Assembly (NCBI GenBank): GCA_045657945.1
Contig: JAZOUB010000041.1
Coordinates: forward strand, 43,987 to 107,986
Reading direction: 5' to 3'
Origin: Bacteroidaceae bacterium
GTDB taxonomy: Bacteria; Bacteroidota; Bacteroidia; Bacteroidales; Bacteroidaceae
Length of the DNA: 64,000 nucleotides
Each line of letters opens with the position of its first letter. Positions within the stretch are counted from its first letter, which is position 1. The translations under genes were made by a program, and so were the position numbers. The notes under the pieces are model-generated. The model worked only from the letters and a program-made list of their open reading frames with translations. It was not told the origin of the DNA and searched no databases. Shown piece by piece: positions 1-10,151 of the stretch.

Positions 1-55
1 TAAAACAGACGGTTTCTGTCATTTCACCAGGAACCATTTAAAAGAAGACACAACT

Positions 56-1513
56 ATGATAACATTCCTCATTTGCCTTGCGGCACTTGTAACCGCATAT
101 TTTACATATGGCAAATATCTTGAGAAGAAGTGCGAGATAGACCCGGCCAATCCCGTGCCGTCCAAGACAATGTACGACGGTGTCGATTACATCCCCATGC
201 CACGCTGGAAAGTCTTCCTGATCCAGTTGCTCAACATCGCAGGCCTTGGCCCCATCTTCGGCGCGTTGCTTGGTGCAGCTTATGGCCCGGTGGCATTCCT
301 GTGGATAACGCTCGGCGGCATATTCATGGGCGCGATGCACGATTTTATTGCCGGTGTAATATCCTTGAAGAACAAAGGCGTGAGCCTTCCCGAAATAATC
401 GGCAAATATCTTGGAGGCGGAACAAAGGCTTTCATGCGAGTCTTCTCTGTGCTGCTTATGGTACTTGTTGGTGCTGTGTTCATGTCGCAGCCGGCAGGGC
501 TCATAGCATCGAATGTGTCAATACCCTCGCTTGAGGTGGTCGCCTTTGGTGATACCACTTGGGAACTATTCATTGTGCTTGCCGTGATACTTGTCTATTA
601 TATCCTTGCAACCTTGTTGCCAATAGACAAGATTATTGGCCGTTTCTATCCTCTGTTCGGCGTGGCACTGCTTGTAATGGCATTGAGCATACTCTTTATT
701 CTCTTGACTCAGAGTGATACATATTCAATACCTGAGCTCACATCGTTGGACAACCAGATTGCTAATCCACAGAAATTCCCTATTGTGCCAATGCTCTTCA
801 CGACCATAGCCTGTGGCGCCATATCGGGTTTCCATGCAACACAGTCGCCAATGATGGCCCGTTGCATGACCAATGAGAAGCAGAGCCGCAGCATCTTCTA
901 CGGTGCAATGATTGCCGAGAGCATTGTCGCGCTCATTTGGGCCGCCATCGGTATGGCATTCTGGGGTGGAGTGAAGGGACTTAATGCTGCCATCGCTACA
1001 TATAAAGGCAGTGCAGCCGGAATGGTTGATGAGATAACATCTACAACCCTTGGCCCGGTTGTCGCGGCATTTGTACTGGTTGGTGTCGTCGGTTGCGCAA
1101 TTACATCGGGCGACACAGCATTCCGCTGTGCAAGGCTCATTGTTTCCGATATGTTCGGCATTTCACAAAAGAGCCTCAAGAAGAGAGTGCTTGTATCCCT
1201 GCCTCTTTTTGCGGTAGCGCTTTTCATTATCTTTGCCCTGCCGTTCCAGACAATATGGAGTTACTTCGCATGGTGCAACCAGACATTGGCGGTGCTTACA
1301 CTATGGTGCATAACGGTCTATCTGTTCCGTAATAAAAAGCCGGTGGCGATAGGTATGTTGCCGGCATTGATTATGACCTATGTCTGCTCGTCATACATCT
1401 TCATCTCCCCAATGATGTGCGGCATGGAGAACCGCGCGTTGGCTTATATCCTTGGTGGTGTGCTGACGCTCATTATCGCTGTGGCAGTGCATTTCAAGGC
1501 AAGGAAAGGATAA
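56..1513 (+). CDS. cstA: Carbon starvation protein A family transporter (485 aa)
   Basis: Complete ATG ORF encoding a polytopic membrane protein. The N-terminus (MITFLICLAALVTAYFTYGKYLEKK) and overall composition look CstA-like. The family call is by recognition only. Confidence 0.75.
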   Translation: MITFLICLAALVTAYFTYGKYLEKKCEIDPANPVPSKTMYDGVDYIPMPRWKVFLIQLLNIAGLGPIFGALLGAAYGPVAFLWITLGGIFMGAMHDFIAGVISLKNKGVSLPEIIGKYLGGGTKAFMRVFSVLLMVLVGAVFMSQPAGLIASNVSIPSLEVVAFGDTTWELFIVLAVILVYYILATLLPIDKIIGRFYPLFGVALLVMALSILFILLTQSDTYSIPELTSLDNQIANPQKFPIVPMLFTTIACGAISGFHATQSPMMARCMTNEKQSRSIFYGAMIAESIVALIWAAIGMAFWGGVKGLNAAIATYKGSAAGMVDEITSTTLGPVVAAFVLVGVVGCAITSGDTAFRCARLIVSDMFGISQKSLKKRVLVSLPLFAVALFIIFALPFQTIWSYFAWCNQTLAVLTLWCITVYLFRNKKPVAIGMLPALIMTYVCSSYIFISPMMCGMENRALAYILGGVLTLIIAVAVHFKARKG

Positions 1514-1534
1514 TTCCTTCCTTTTAGATAAAAG

Positions 1535-1572
1535 AACTGCGGCATAGAGTTTGAAACTCTATGCCGCAGTTT
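1535..1572. terminator. Bidirectional hairpin between convergent cstA and the L,D-transpeptidase gene
   Basis: AACTGCGGCATAGAG-TTTGAA-ACTCTATGCCGCAGTT is a near-perfect ~15-bp stem lying between two convergent stop codons. Confidence 0.6.
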
Positions 1573-1587
1573 ATGTTGCAAAAACAA

Positions 1588-2058
1588 TTATTCGTCTTTC
1601 TCTATCGTTACCGGCATGCCAATGTAACAATACTTGTACAGTGCCTTGATGTCCTCGTTCCTCATTCTTATACATCCTTCGCTGCTGCGGGTGCCAATGC
1701 TCTCGGGGAAGATGGTACCGTGGATGCCAATGTCATTGAACCCCGGGACATTGAGCCTGAAGAATAATGGGCCGTAGGCTCCAAGGCGCATGCCCTGTCC
1801 GTCGCCAAAATCGTGCTTCCACGATGTGGCATCGTACATTTTTCTAATCTTGAAATCACCCTCGGGGGTCTTCTTGTCGCCAATCATGGTCTTGTCCCCT
1901 AAGTTCTCGCCACATGCGATTGGACGCTGGAAAATTGTATCGCTCTGTTCATTGAGAACATATAGCATCAATGCTTTTTTGGATACGACAATGCGGTTGC
2001 CGCATAGTGCGAGCAACGGCATTGTTGCGAGTATTGTTATTGCAAATAGTTTCTTCAT
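1588..2058 (-). CDS. L,D-transpeptidase (YkuD domain) lipoprotein
   Basis: Catalytic motif GIHGT...SSEGCIRM. Lipoprotein-type signal (MKKLFAITILATMPLLALCG). Confidence 0.8.
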   Translation of the reverse strand: MKKLFAITILATMPLLALCGNRIVVSKKALMLYVLNEQSDTIFQRPIACGENLGDKTMIGDKKTPEGDFKIRKMYDATSWKHDFGDGQGMRLGAYGPLFFRLNVPGFNDIGIHGTIFPESIGTRSSEGCIRMRNEDIKALYKYCYIGMPVTIEKDE

Positions 2059-2067
2059 AGTTCTTTT

Positions 2068-5000
2068 TTATCTTGTAAGTGAGAATTTCATGCTCACACC
2101 AAAGTCTATCGTGGTTGTGGGGTATGAACTTGTTGATATAAGCGGTATTGTCTTCTGTCCGTCAAAATAGAGGCTGAATGTCAACATCTTGCTGTATGCG
2201 TAGTCGGCAGTCATTGAGTAGTTGAATGACTTGTTTCCGCTTGTTGCCTGTGTTGTACCCTTGTCTATGCTGCGGCAGATTGATGACTGGTTCTTGAACG
2301 AGAAATCCGCGCGGATGTTGATGTCGTTTCCGCTGTTCTTCTGCTTGCTCTTGCTTGCCTTGTTGCCACCACCGAACAGTTTTACGTTCAGAATCTTGTA
2401 GCCCAGGTTGAATGCAATCTCCTGGTTCTGTGTCTCAACCATCTGTATTGCGGTAAGGCTCAGGTTAATCATTCGTGACTTGATGAACTTTGCGCCTATT
2501 GTAAGGTTATTGTTGGTTGTTACATCAACACCAATGAGTGGCGAGAAACTCTCATTTATTGATACTGCACCAATGTTGTAGCGGCTGCTTGGTATTGGCA
2601 GGCCTGTTGTTGTGTTGTTCACAAAACCTATGCCGCGGCTGTACTCCATGTATGTAGCGTAAGTGCTGTATGCGCCCACGGCATATACACTCTTATAGCC
2701 ATGCTCAATGTTCACGCTCTTGAAATATTTTTCAAAGAACGGCAGTTTTGACAATCCCGAGTACTTGATTTTCCAGTTCGGGAGTATGCTGAGCATGCTT
2801 GGGAAAATATCGTTTCCGCCAATGCCGGTATATGCGTCAAGGAATGCCGGTATCATGACATCGGCCGAGTATTTATCTACACCTCCGTTTGCAGGGTCAT
2901 ATTTCTTTCCTGCAAGGCTGCTCGATACCGGGTATTCGCTACCCATATATTTTCCTTCAAGTCCTGCACGGCGGTTCTCAAGGTTACCAACGAACTTGTC
3001 ATACACATCGGACTGGTAGTTGTTGCTTGCACTTCCACCGCCGAACGATGTGCCAATAGTGATTGTGGTCATGTTGAATCCGCCCGATTCATTGGTTGGC
3101 ATACCGTCGTACATGAACTGTATGCTCTTGCTCTGGTTGCGTGTCCAGCTCGCATTCAGGTCAATCTTGAAGTCCCTGAATGGTTCAAGAGTCATGCGTG
3201 CCTGCAGATCCTCTGCTGCTGTCGATGTCGCCATTGAGGCAATGCTGTCACTGCGCAGCAACCAGCTCTGTCTTTGTGCCTTTGCGAGGTAGCTGTCATC
3301 GATGAGGCCGAAAGCAAAGTCAAGTCCAGGAGCATAGAACCCGTCAACCCTGTTCTGGCCGAACACATCTCCGGCACTCGGCAGGAAGCCCGGCAGGTTC
3401 ATTGCGTATGCGTTGGTGTAGTTCACCGATGCGTTGCGCACCATCATAAGCATTCGTATCGGGTACTGCATTGCCTTTGCAAAGTTGCTGCGCTCGGTAT
3501 TCTTCGGCTTGGCAGTAATGGTTACCTTGATGCCGAGGGTGTCCTTGTTCTTGATAAGAATCTTGTTCTCGTCAAGAACCCTGTATTTGAGTTTGTATGT
3601 CTCGCCATTTTTTGTGCGTGCCAGCACCTCAATTTTCTTGTTCTTCAGGTTGTGTGTGATTGTCGTTGTGGTGTCGCTTTTCAGTTTTACCTCTTTTGTA
3701 AACGCCTTGGGTTTCTCAACCTTGGGTTTGGCACTCTTTTTGGATTTCTGGTTCTTTTTGTTGCTTGCAAAGCGCTTGTTGGTCTCCTCAAGATATGGCA
3801 CAAGATTATACAGCTTCTCAAAGTTCATGCTTGCCTTCAAGGTGATGTTGCGTTTGTTGGCAATGTTGTTGCCGACATTAACTCCAGCAATGCTGTTGCC
3901 TCTCTGCCAATTGTATGTAGCTGCGTATGAACCGTCTGCTGTCAGCCACTCGAAGATAGGCAGTTTGTTCAGCGGCAGGGTATATGACGCATTGAAACTC
4001 TGCTGGTAGGCCAACGGGTTACCAAAGCTCTGGAGGCTGTGTTTTACAGAGTCCTTCCAGGCGGCATATTCATTAGGGTATCTCTCCTTGTTCACCGGCA
4101 CGAAAGGCTCTTCAACCTCGGCATTGGTGCCGGTGTTCAGGCTCATTCTCAGATTAGTCGTTGGATCCCACTTTATAGCCATTGAGCGGTTCCAATAGAA
4201 CTGCTGCGAGAAGGTGAGCGGAATCTCGTTGTTATCCTGCATTGCCTGCAGGTCGCGACGCTGTAGTTCGTGGTAGGTGCGTGTCATATCGGTGTTCAGA
4301 GCCAGCGACTGTGGCAACGGGTTCACTCCCCATTCCTTCACCATCTTGAGCCACTTCGACTTGCTCTTGAGCTTGCCAAATGGCTTTATGGTTTTTATCG
4401 GGCTGGAGTAGTTGTAACTCAAAGAGGCCTTCCAGTTGACCCTGTTCTCCCAACTTATAGTACTTCCGGTGTTGTCGGTTGCCGAGTGTGAGAAACTGAA
4501 ACTTAGGTTCGATGGGTCGTATGGCATCGGAGTCTTGCTCGAGATGTTTATCTTGGCGTTGCTGATGCTGAAATTGCGCATGACAGAACGCACCTCGGCC
4601 ATGTTCCTAAGTGAGTCGCGGCCGATGTCATCATACGAATCAAGAACATCGTCAAGCTCCAGGTCTGTATCGAACGGGCTGTAGAGTGGTGATGTTATCT
4701 CCTCGGTGAACGAATAGTATGTAGGTACTGTTACCTTGAATGAGCGTGGCAGGAAACGGCCGAAATCGACAGTTCCCGTCAGTGAGTAACGGTAGTAGTC
4801 ATCGGTGCGACGTGCCGCCAGTTTCTCCTCAAGTCCACCGAAGCCGGCAGTCTCAACCTTTCCCTGTGCTGCAAATGAGCCCAGGTCGCTGAGCTTGATG
4901 TTAAGGTTACCCTGCGCAGCCCAGCCACTCTTGTTGTTGAAACCTATGAGACGCATCTCGTTGACCCAGATGATTGCCGACTTGCTGCTTGAACTGTTGT

Positions 5001-8000
5001 TGCGCACACCAATCATCATAACCTTGACCTGTCCTAGCGACGGGCTACCTACAATGCTTATTCTGTTCTTGGGAGTCTCGCTGTCATACTCGCTGTATAT
5101 GGTGGTATTGGTCACACCCTCGGCATTGCTGTTGCGCAGTGTGTTGCGTCGTGTCTTTATTTCAGTCAATCTGTCGAGCGGAATGTCTATCATATTCTCC
5201 TGTGGCCATACAACGGCTGCAGCAACCGAACTGTTGCCATCGTATGAACCGTGTGGGGTTACAGTAAGCGGAACCTCATATTCATAGTAGTTGCTCTTGT
5301 AGTCCGAACCGAACCTTACGAACAGTGACATGTCATTGTTCTTGAGCTGTGTGGCATCAATCTCTGGCGCTTCGGCATGGATGAACAACTGTATGCGCTC
5401 ATACTGGCGTATATCAAGGTTGCTCTTCTTGTAAACAGCACGGCTCTCCTTGCTGCCAAGGTTGTTTATGTTCAGCGCGAGTGCCTGCTCGTTGTCCTGG
5501 CGCAATTGTGGCTGGCTGGGATCAATTATTCGTGTCACTCCCGGAGGAAGCACGTAGTTCACGGGCTTGCGGTCTCCATGCTCCTCAATGCTCACGGCCG
5601 ATGTGGTGAACTCGCCCGAAACCGTTGGCGCTGTATTATTCTTGGATGCAATGGGTTGCAAGTAGGGGCGCCAGTCACCACGTACAAGTTTCATGGTTGC
5701 AAAGCGCAACGTGATGGGCTTCTGGAACTGTGTCATATACATGCGGATGAAGCGTATTGACGTGAAATCGCGTATAGAACCCACAGCCTTCTCATACTCG
5801 TCAATTGGAATACGGAACTTGTACCAGTTCACGCTCTCGCTGTTACCGTTACGCAACTTGGTAGTTACACTACGCTTGTCGGTGATGTAGTTACGGCCTA
5901 CCTGCATATCCTCGGGACGTAGTGAAATCTTGTACTGGAAGAAATTCTCATACTCGTCCATTGTGAAGTCCTGGTTCGCGTCCTCCACATCGGGGGTTGT
6001 TTTTGCCGCGCTGCTGTAGTCACTGTCCGAGTCGCTTGGCGAGTTACCCTCGCTATTGTTGAAGTATTTGTAGCGTTCAATGATGCCACGCTGCGCAGCA
6101 TCGTAGTCGCTACCACGGAAATAGTGATACTTGTCGCCGGCAGGGTCGGCGGCAATGCTGTCATATACCTCCTGGCGCACGCGGCCTCTGATAGCGTCAA
6201 GGTATGCCTTGTATGTCGGGTGCTCGGCCTCGTCGGCACTGCTGAGTCCGTTGAGTCCGGTATCCTGCTGGTCGCGACTCTCCGAGTTGTTGTCAAATGC
6301 ATATACAAGGCTGGTGTTTGTCGGTATGCGTCCCCAAACAGTCTCTTCATACTCATAGTTGTTACCATTGGCAGGCAAACCGTTCTCATAGAACTTCTTG
6401 CCGTCCTTGAGAATATCTTCCGACACCTCGCCCAGATTGAAGTAGAGGTCGCCGCCCATACCGCTTTGTTCATAGATGAAGGGGTCGAGCATCCAGAACT
6501 CAATGTACTGTATGTTTGCGCTCTCGAAGTCGGTGGTGGTGAGTTGACGTGTGATACCTCCCCAACGGTTTTCAGGGTCTTCAAACTTTCCTTCTCTATT
6601 GATGTTGGTGTCAAGATTGTAAGGACCTCGTTCATTGGGGTAGTATGTCACATTCAGCAGCGAGAGAGTCGATGACTCGCCGTATGTCGATTCCTTGTTG
6701 GGGTACAACTCGCGCTCATATACCTCGCGTACATAATGGTTCGATAGCTGTTCTACATCGCTCTTTATGTGTGCCGGTGTGAGTGACGAGCTACGGCGTG
6801 TGAAAAGCGGGTCAATGCTGTACCAGCTTATACGTGCACGGTTGTATCCTGTGCGTATGTCGTTGGTGAGGTTGCTGTACTGCATGCCGTATGGCAGTGA
6901 CGACAACATCCATTGCGACGGCGATGAGATGTCAATGCCGTTTTCTGTATTCTCAAAATCATCAATGTATGACGCCTCGCTCTGCACAGCCTTTGATGTA
7001 CCGGCTTCCAGTCTCGCAAATTCGGCCGAGAGGCTTATTGACGACGGCTCGGTGCAACTGATGAGCGGCAGGCGGTCAATCATGTTCGTGAGCCACTGGC
7101 TCTGCTTCTTCCATGAGAGGTTGAAACCCCACAGGAAGTTCTGCAATGGCTCAGAACCCATGTCAACCTTTGATGTCAGTGGCTTCTCGGATAGAGACAT
7201 GAGCGTACCGCCGAACTTGAAGTCGTTCGAGAAGTCATACTTCCAGTTCAATCCCAGCACGGTCTTTCGCTGCATGTTGAACATGGTGTTGCTCTCGAGC
7301 GACACCTGTACATTTGTTCCGGCATCAATGATATTCTGGTTCAGGATTGTCACCGTTCCCGATGCGTAGTCCACCTGATAGTCGCTGTTCTCAACGAGTG
7401 TCACGCCACCGGCGGTTACCACCACCGAACCACGTGGTATGTTCGTAGAACCGGTCTGGATGACATTGGCTGCCGTGCCGGTGTACTCTCCAATGAGGTA
7501 GAACTTGTCCTTCTCGGCAATCTGCTTTGCCACGGTCTTTGTCGAGTCATAGAGCTCATGGAATACATACTTGCCGGCAAGCGACGGGTTGTCGATCTTG
7601 CCTTCGAGGTAGCTGCCGAATGGCTCTACCGACGGGAAGAAGATTCGTCCCGATGCCGCGTCAACCGTGTATCCCTGTATGAAGTCAAACACACCGTTGG
7701 GGTTCTCCTTGCTGTTGTTGCTGTCGAGCCTGTCGAGCGCAAGCAACTGGAGCAGTGACTTGCCCTTGAGCTCAGCCTCGGGCAGGTATGTGATGTTTGT
7801 GCCCAGGCTGTCGCTTGCGTAATATACATCAAGCTTGAAACTGGTGCTTTGCAGGTTACGTGTGCCAAGTGCATAGACATTCTTCATCATCAAGTCCCAG
7901 CAACCGTTATTCGGTGAGCATGCGTTCGGTTTGATGAGCTTTACGTAGAGCGTAGCCTTCGACTCCTTTACATCGCTCGAGAACTCACCGACCTGATAAG

Positions 8001-9450
8001 TCTGTCCGCCGTATGTATATTCGTATGCAACGGCAAGTACCTCATCGGCACGTAGCGGTGTCTTCAATGAGATAAAACCCAGTTCGCTGTTTAGGGTATA
8101 TTCCGATGATGAGAGCAGTCTCGCGTTCGAGAGCTTCTCATAGTCGCGTCCGCCGTTTATGCCGTCAATATTGTTCAGGATGTTGTTGGCCTGATCAATG
8201 TCGCGTACCCCGGCGTATGTAGTGCTCATCTGCGCATACAGGTTGTTGGCGTTGTTGTGCGGTATTGCGGTACTGCCGTTTGCGTTCCACGCAGAGTTGC
8301 TTATGTGGTGGCTCTCGGCAATGTCGGTAAAGGCAACAATATTACGTGGGTTGTTGTAGTCGCTTGTCTTGTTTGTGACCCAAACCTCAATGCGGTTGAT
8401 GTTTATGCCCGACAGGATTGTGGGCAACTGTGACATCGAACGGTCATAGTTGTCGCGGAAGTAGTGCGCGAGGAAGAAGTGCTTGTTCTCGTCGTAATTG
8501 GTAATCTCAATCTCGAATGTGGTGAGCTGTGTTCCGCCCTTTGAGTTAACGACAGTGCTGTTCGATGTCTTTTGCGAGACAACCGTCTGCAACAGAAGCT
8601 TTCCGAACTGCAGGTCGGCTCTCACACCGAACAGTGACGATGCGCCCTTGATGAGGCTCGAGTTTGTGGGGAACGATACATTTCCGGCTTCAAGCAGTTT
8701 GACAATCTCATCCTCCTTGCCGTCATATTTCAGGTTTATTTTCTTTGCGTCGTAGCTGAATGTGGCCTCGGTGTTGTAGTTGAAATCCATGTTCATCTTG
8801 TCGCCGACGCTTCCCCTTACATTTAGGTTGATTTTTTCGTCAAAATCGAAACTGTTTGTCCTGCGGCTACGTGACGGCAAAGCAGGGTTGTCTATGCTCT
8901 GTATCGAGTAGCCTATCTTCAGTTCAGCATTACCCTGTGTCTTCACGCGCACACCACCGGGACCGAATATCTTCTCGGCAGGTCCAAGGTCAAAGTGCAT
9001 GTCGGTAAAGTCGAACTTGTTCTTGCTCCTTGAACTCTCCCACAATTCAAAATTCTTCTTGCGGAAGAACCTGCTCATTGAGTTTCTCTCCTGCCACTTC
9101 GCATACTCTTCGGGTGTGAGCAGAATGGGCGCAGTAAGTGGCGAACCTTGACCAAGACGAGTACTCAATCGGTATGTTCCATCTACATCGTTGTAAGTAG
9201 TGTCCGTTACAATATTCGACGGGGTCTTCAGGTTAAAGGTCTTTGGCTCAATGTCATCAATGCTTTGTGGAACAGTCTCGGCAATGGGGTAGCGTGCCTC
9301 AATGGTATCCAGTGTAACCTCCCTGTTTGCCTGTGCCCTGTTTCTTCCCTTGATGGACTTGCGTATTGAGTCATTGCGCACGACACCCTGCGCGAGAATT
9401 GTCATTGTCGCGAAAAGCAGGGTGAGTAATACTGATGTGCGCTTGCTCAT
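2068..9450 (-). CDS. sprA: T9SS translocon / gliding-motility protein SprA (Sov), 2460 aa
   Basis: Single uninterrupted 7.4-kb ORF with a signal peptide. It is a giant beta-rich protein with SprA-type stretches (LLEAGNVSFP, FDFDEKINLNVRGSVGDK). Its size is typical of Bacteroidota SprA. Confidence 0.88.
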   Translation of the reverse strand: MSKRTSVLLTLLFATMTILAQGVVRNDSIRKSIKGRNRAQANREVTLDTIEARYPIAETVPQSIDDIEPKTFNLKTPSNIVTDTTYNDVDGTYRLSTRLGQGSPLTAPILLTPEEYAKWQERNSMSRFFRKKNFELWESSRSKNKFDFTDMHFDLGPAEKIFGPGGVRVKTQGNAELKIGYSIQSIDNPALPSRSRRTNSFDFDEKINLNVRGSVGDKMNMDFNYNTEATFSYDAKKINLKYDGKEDEIVKLLEAGNVSFPTNSSLIKGASSLFGVRADLQFGKLLLQTVVSQKTSNSTVVNSKGGTQLTTFEIEITNYDENKHFFLAHYFRDNYDRSMSQLPTILSGININRIEVWVTNKTSDYNNPRNIVAFTDIAESHHISNSAWNANGSTAIPHNNANNLYAQMSTTYAGVRDIDQANNILNNIDGINGGRDYEKLSNARLLSSSEYTLNSELGFISLKTPLRADEVLAVAYEYTYGGQTYQVGEFSSDVKESKATLYVKLIKPNACSPNNGCWDLMMKNVYALGTRNLQSTSFKLDVYYASDSLGTNITYLPEAELKGKSLLQLLALDRLDSNNSKENPNGVFDFIQGYTVDAASGRIFFPSVEPFGSYLEGKIDNPSLAGKYVFHELYDSTKTVAKQIAEKDKFYLIGEYTGTAANVIQTGSTNIPRGSVVVTAGGVTLVENSDYQVDYASGTVTILNQNIIDAGTNVQVSLESNTMFNMQRKTVLGLNWKYDFSNDFKFGGTLMSLSEKPLTSKVDMGSEPLQNFLWGFNLSWKKQSQWLTNMIDRLPLISCTEPSSISLSAEFARLEAGTSKAVQSEASYIDDFENTENGIDISSPSQWMLSSLPYGMQYSNLTNDIRTGYNRARISWYSIDPLFTRRSSSLTPAHIKSDVEQLSNHYVREVYERELYPNKESTYGESSTLSLLNVTYYPNERGPYNLDTNINREGKFEDPENRWGGITRQLTTTDFESANIQYIEFWMLDPFIYEQSGMGGDLYFNLGEVSEDILKDGKKFYENGLPANGNNYEYEETVWGRIPTNTSLVYAFDNNSESRDQQDTGLNGLSSADEAEHPTYKAYLDAIRGRVRQEVYDSIAADPAGDKYHYFRGSDYDAAQRGIIERYKYFNNSEGNSPSDSDSDYSSAAKTTPDVEDANQDFTMDEYENFFQYKISLRPEDMQVGRNYITDKRSVTTKLRNGNSESVNWYKFRIPIDEYEKAVGSIRDFTSIRFIRMYMTQFQKPITLRFATMKLVRGDWRPYLQPIASKNNTAPTVSGEFTTSAVSIEEHGDRKPVNYVLPPGVTRIIDPSQPQLRQDNEQALALNINNLGSKESRAVYKKSNLDIRQYERIQLFIHAEAPEIDATQLKNNDMSLFVRFGSDYKSNYYEYEVPLTVTPHGSYDGNSSVAAAVVWPQENMIDIPLDRLTEIKTRRNTLRNSNAEGVTNTTIYSEYDSETPKNRISIVGSPSLGQVKVMMIGVRNNSSSSKSAIIWVNEMRLIGFNNKSGWAAQGNLNIKLSDLGSFAAQGKVETAGFGGLEEKLAARRTDDYYRYSLTGTVDFGRFLPRSFKVTVPTYYSFTEEITSPLYSPFDTDLELDDVLDSYDDIGRDSLRNMAEVRSVMRNFSISNAKINISSKTPMPYDPSNLSFSFSHSATDNTGSTISWENRVNWKASLSYNYSSPIKTIKPFGKLKSKSKWLKMVKEWGVNPLPQSLALNTDMTRTYHELQRRDLQAMQDNNEIPLTFSQQFYWNRSMAIKWDPTTNLRMSLNTGTNAEVEEPFVPVNKERYPNEYAAWKDSVKHSLQSFGNPLAYQQSFNASYTLPLNKLPIFEWLTADGSYAATYNWQRGNSIAGVNVGNNIANKRNITLKASMNFEKLYNLVPYLEETNKRFASNKKNQKSKKSAKPKVEKPKAFTKEVKLKSDTTTTITHNLKNKKIEVLARTKNGETYKLKYRVLDENKILIKNKDTLGIKVTITAKPKNTERSNFAKAMQYPIRMLMMVRNASVNYTNAYAMNLPGFLPSAGDVFGQNRVDGFYAPGLDFAFGLIDDSYLAKAQRQSWLLRSDSIASMATSTAAEDLQARMTLEPFRDFKIDLNASWTRNQSKSIQFMYDGMPTNESGGFNMTTITIGTSFGGGSASNNYQSDVYDKFVGNLENRRAGLEGKYMGSEYPVSSSLAGKKYDPANGGVDKYSADVMIPAFLDAYTGIGGNDIFPSMLSILPNWKIKYSGLSKLPFFEKYFKSVNIEHGYKSVYAVGAYSTYATYMEYSRGIGFVNNTTTGLPIPSSRYNIGAVSINESFSPLIGVDVTTNNNLTIGAKFIKSRMINLSLTAIQMVETQNQEIAFNLGYKILNVKLFGGGNKASKSKQKNSGNDINIRADFSFKNQSSICRSIDKGTTQATSGNKSFNYSMTADYAYSKMLTFSLYFDGQKTIPLISTSSYPTTTIDFGVSMKFSLTR

Positions 9451-9454
9451 CTGT

Positions 9455-10048
9455 TTAGAGTTGTTTGAGAGCCAGTTTGATGACCTGCTCGATTGTTGCA
9501 GTCGGTTCGCTCTTTACAATTGCCTGTACCACCTTGTTGGTTGTAGCCGAGGGAAAACCGAGCATGATGAGTGCCGACACAGCACCTTCAATGACATCGT
9601 TATCTGGTGCGACAATAGTTGTAGCAGTGCCCTGTACACTACAGCCAATGCCTTTAATCTTGTCTTTCAAGTCAATTATTATGCGCTGTGCTGTCTTCAG
9701 GCCAATACCCTTTACACTCTTTATTGCAGCCTCGTTGCCGGTGAAGATGGCCTCGCACAACTCGTTCACGGTGAATGCCGAGAGTATTGTGCGTGCAGTG
9801 TTGCCACCGATGCCCGATACAGAGATGAGCAGCAGGAACAACTCGCGCTCCTCCTTCTGGCTGAAGCCGAAGAGCTGGTGGGTGTCCTCGCGGATAACCT
9901 CGTATATGTATAGTTTTACGCTCTTCTTGTCCTGCAATGCGCTGTATGTGTTCAGGGTGATGCTTGTCTCATATCCTACACCACAGCACTCCACAATGGC
10001 TGTTGCCGGTGTTAATTCAGCAAGTTCCCCTCTCAAATATTCAATCAT
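9455..10048 (-). CDS. ruvA: Holliday junction DNA helicase subunit RuvA
   Basis: 197 aa. N-terminus is MIEYLRGEL..., followed by HhH motifs (VSGIGGNTARTILS, VKGIGLKTAQRII). Confidence 0.9.
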   Translation of the reverse strand: MIEYLRGELAELTPATAIVECCGVGYETSITLNTYSALQDKKSVKLYIYEVIREDTHQLFGFSQKEERELFLLLISVSGIGGNTARTILSAFTVNELCEAIFTGNEAAIKSVKGIGLKTAQRIIIDLKDKIKGIGCSVQGTATTIVAPDNDVIEGAVSALIMLGFPSATTNKVVQAIVKSEPTATIEQVIKLALKQL

Positions 10049-10126
10049 AATAGTTTATTTATCTAATTTCTATCTTTATAAGAACGTCGGAATGGCGTTT
10101 TTATTGCGTTATTTTAATAATAATAC

Positions 10127-10151
10127 AAAAACACCCGCGAGGGGTGTCTTT
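10127..10151 (-). terminator. Rho-independent terminator after the ABC transporter gene
   Basis: The minus strand reads ACACCC-CTCGC-GGGTGT followed by TTTTT, immediately after the stop codon at 10152. Confidence 0.5.

Noticed and set aside
2708-9369. Numerous 60-245-aa ORFs antisense to or overlapping sprA, with similar shadow ORFs inside the giant gene, the GH20 gene and the M60 genes.
   Set aside because: They lie entirely inside long, motif-supported ORFs on the opposite strand or in another frame. Their translations are low-complexity or Cys/Arg/His-rich. They are typical shadow ORFs.
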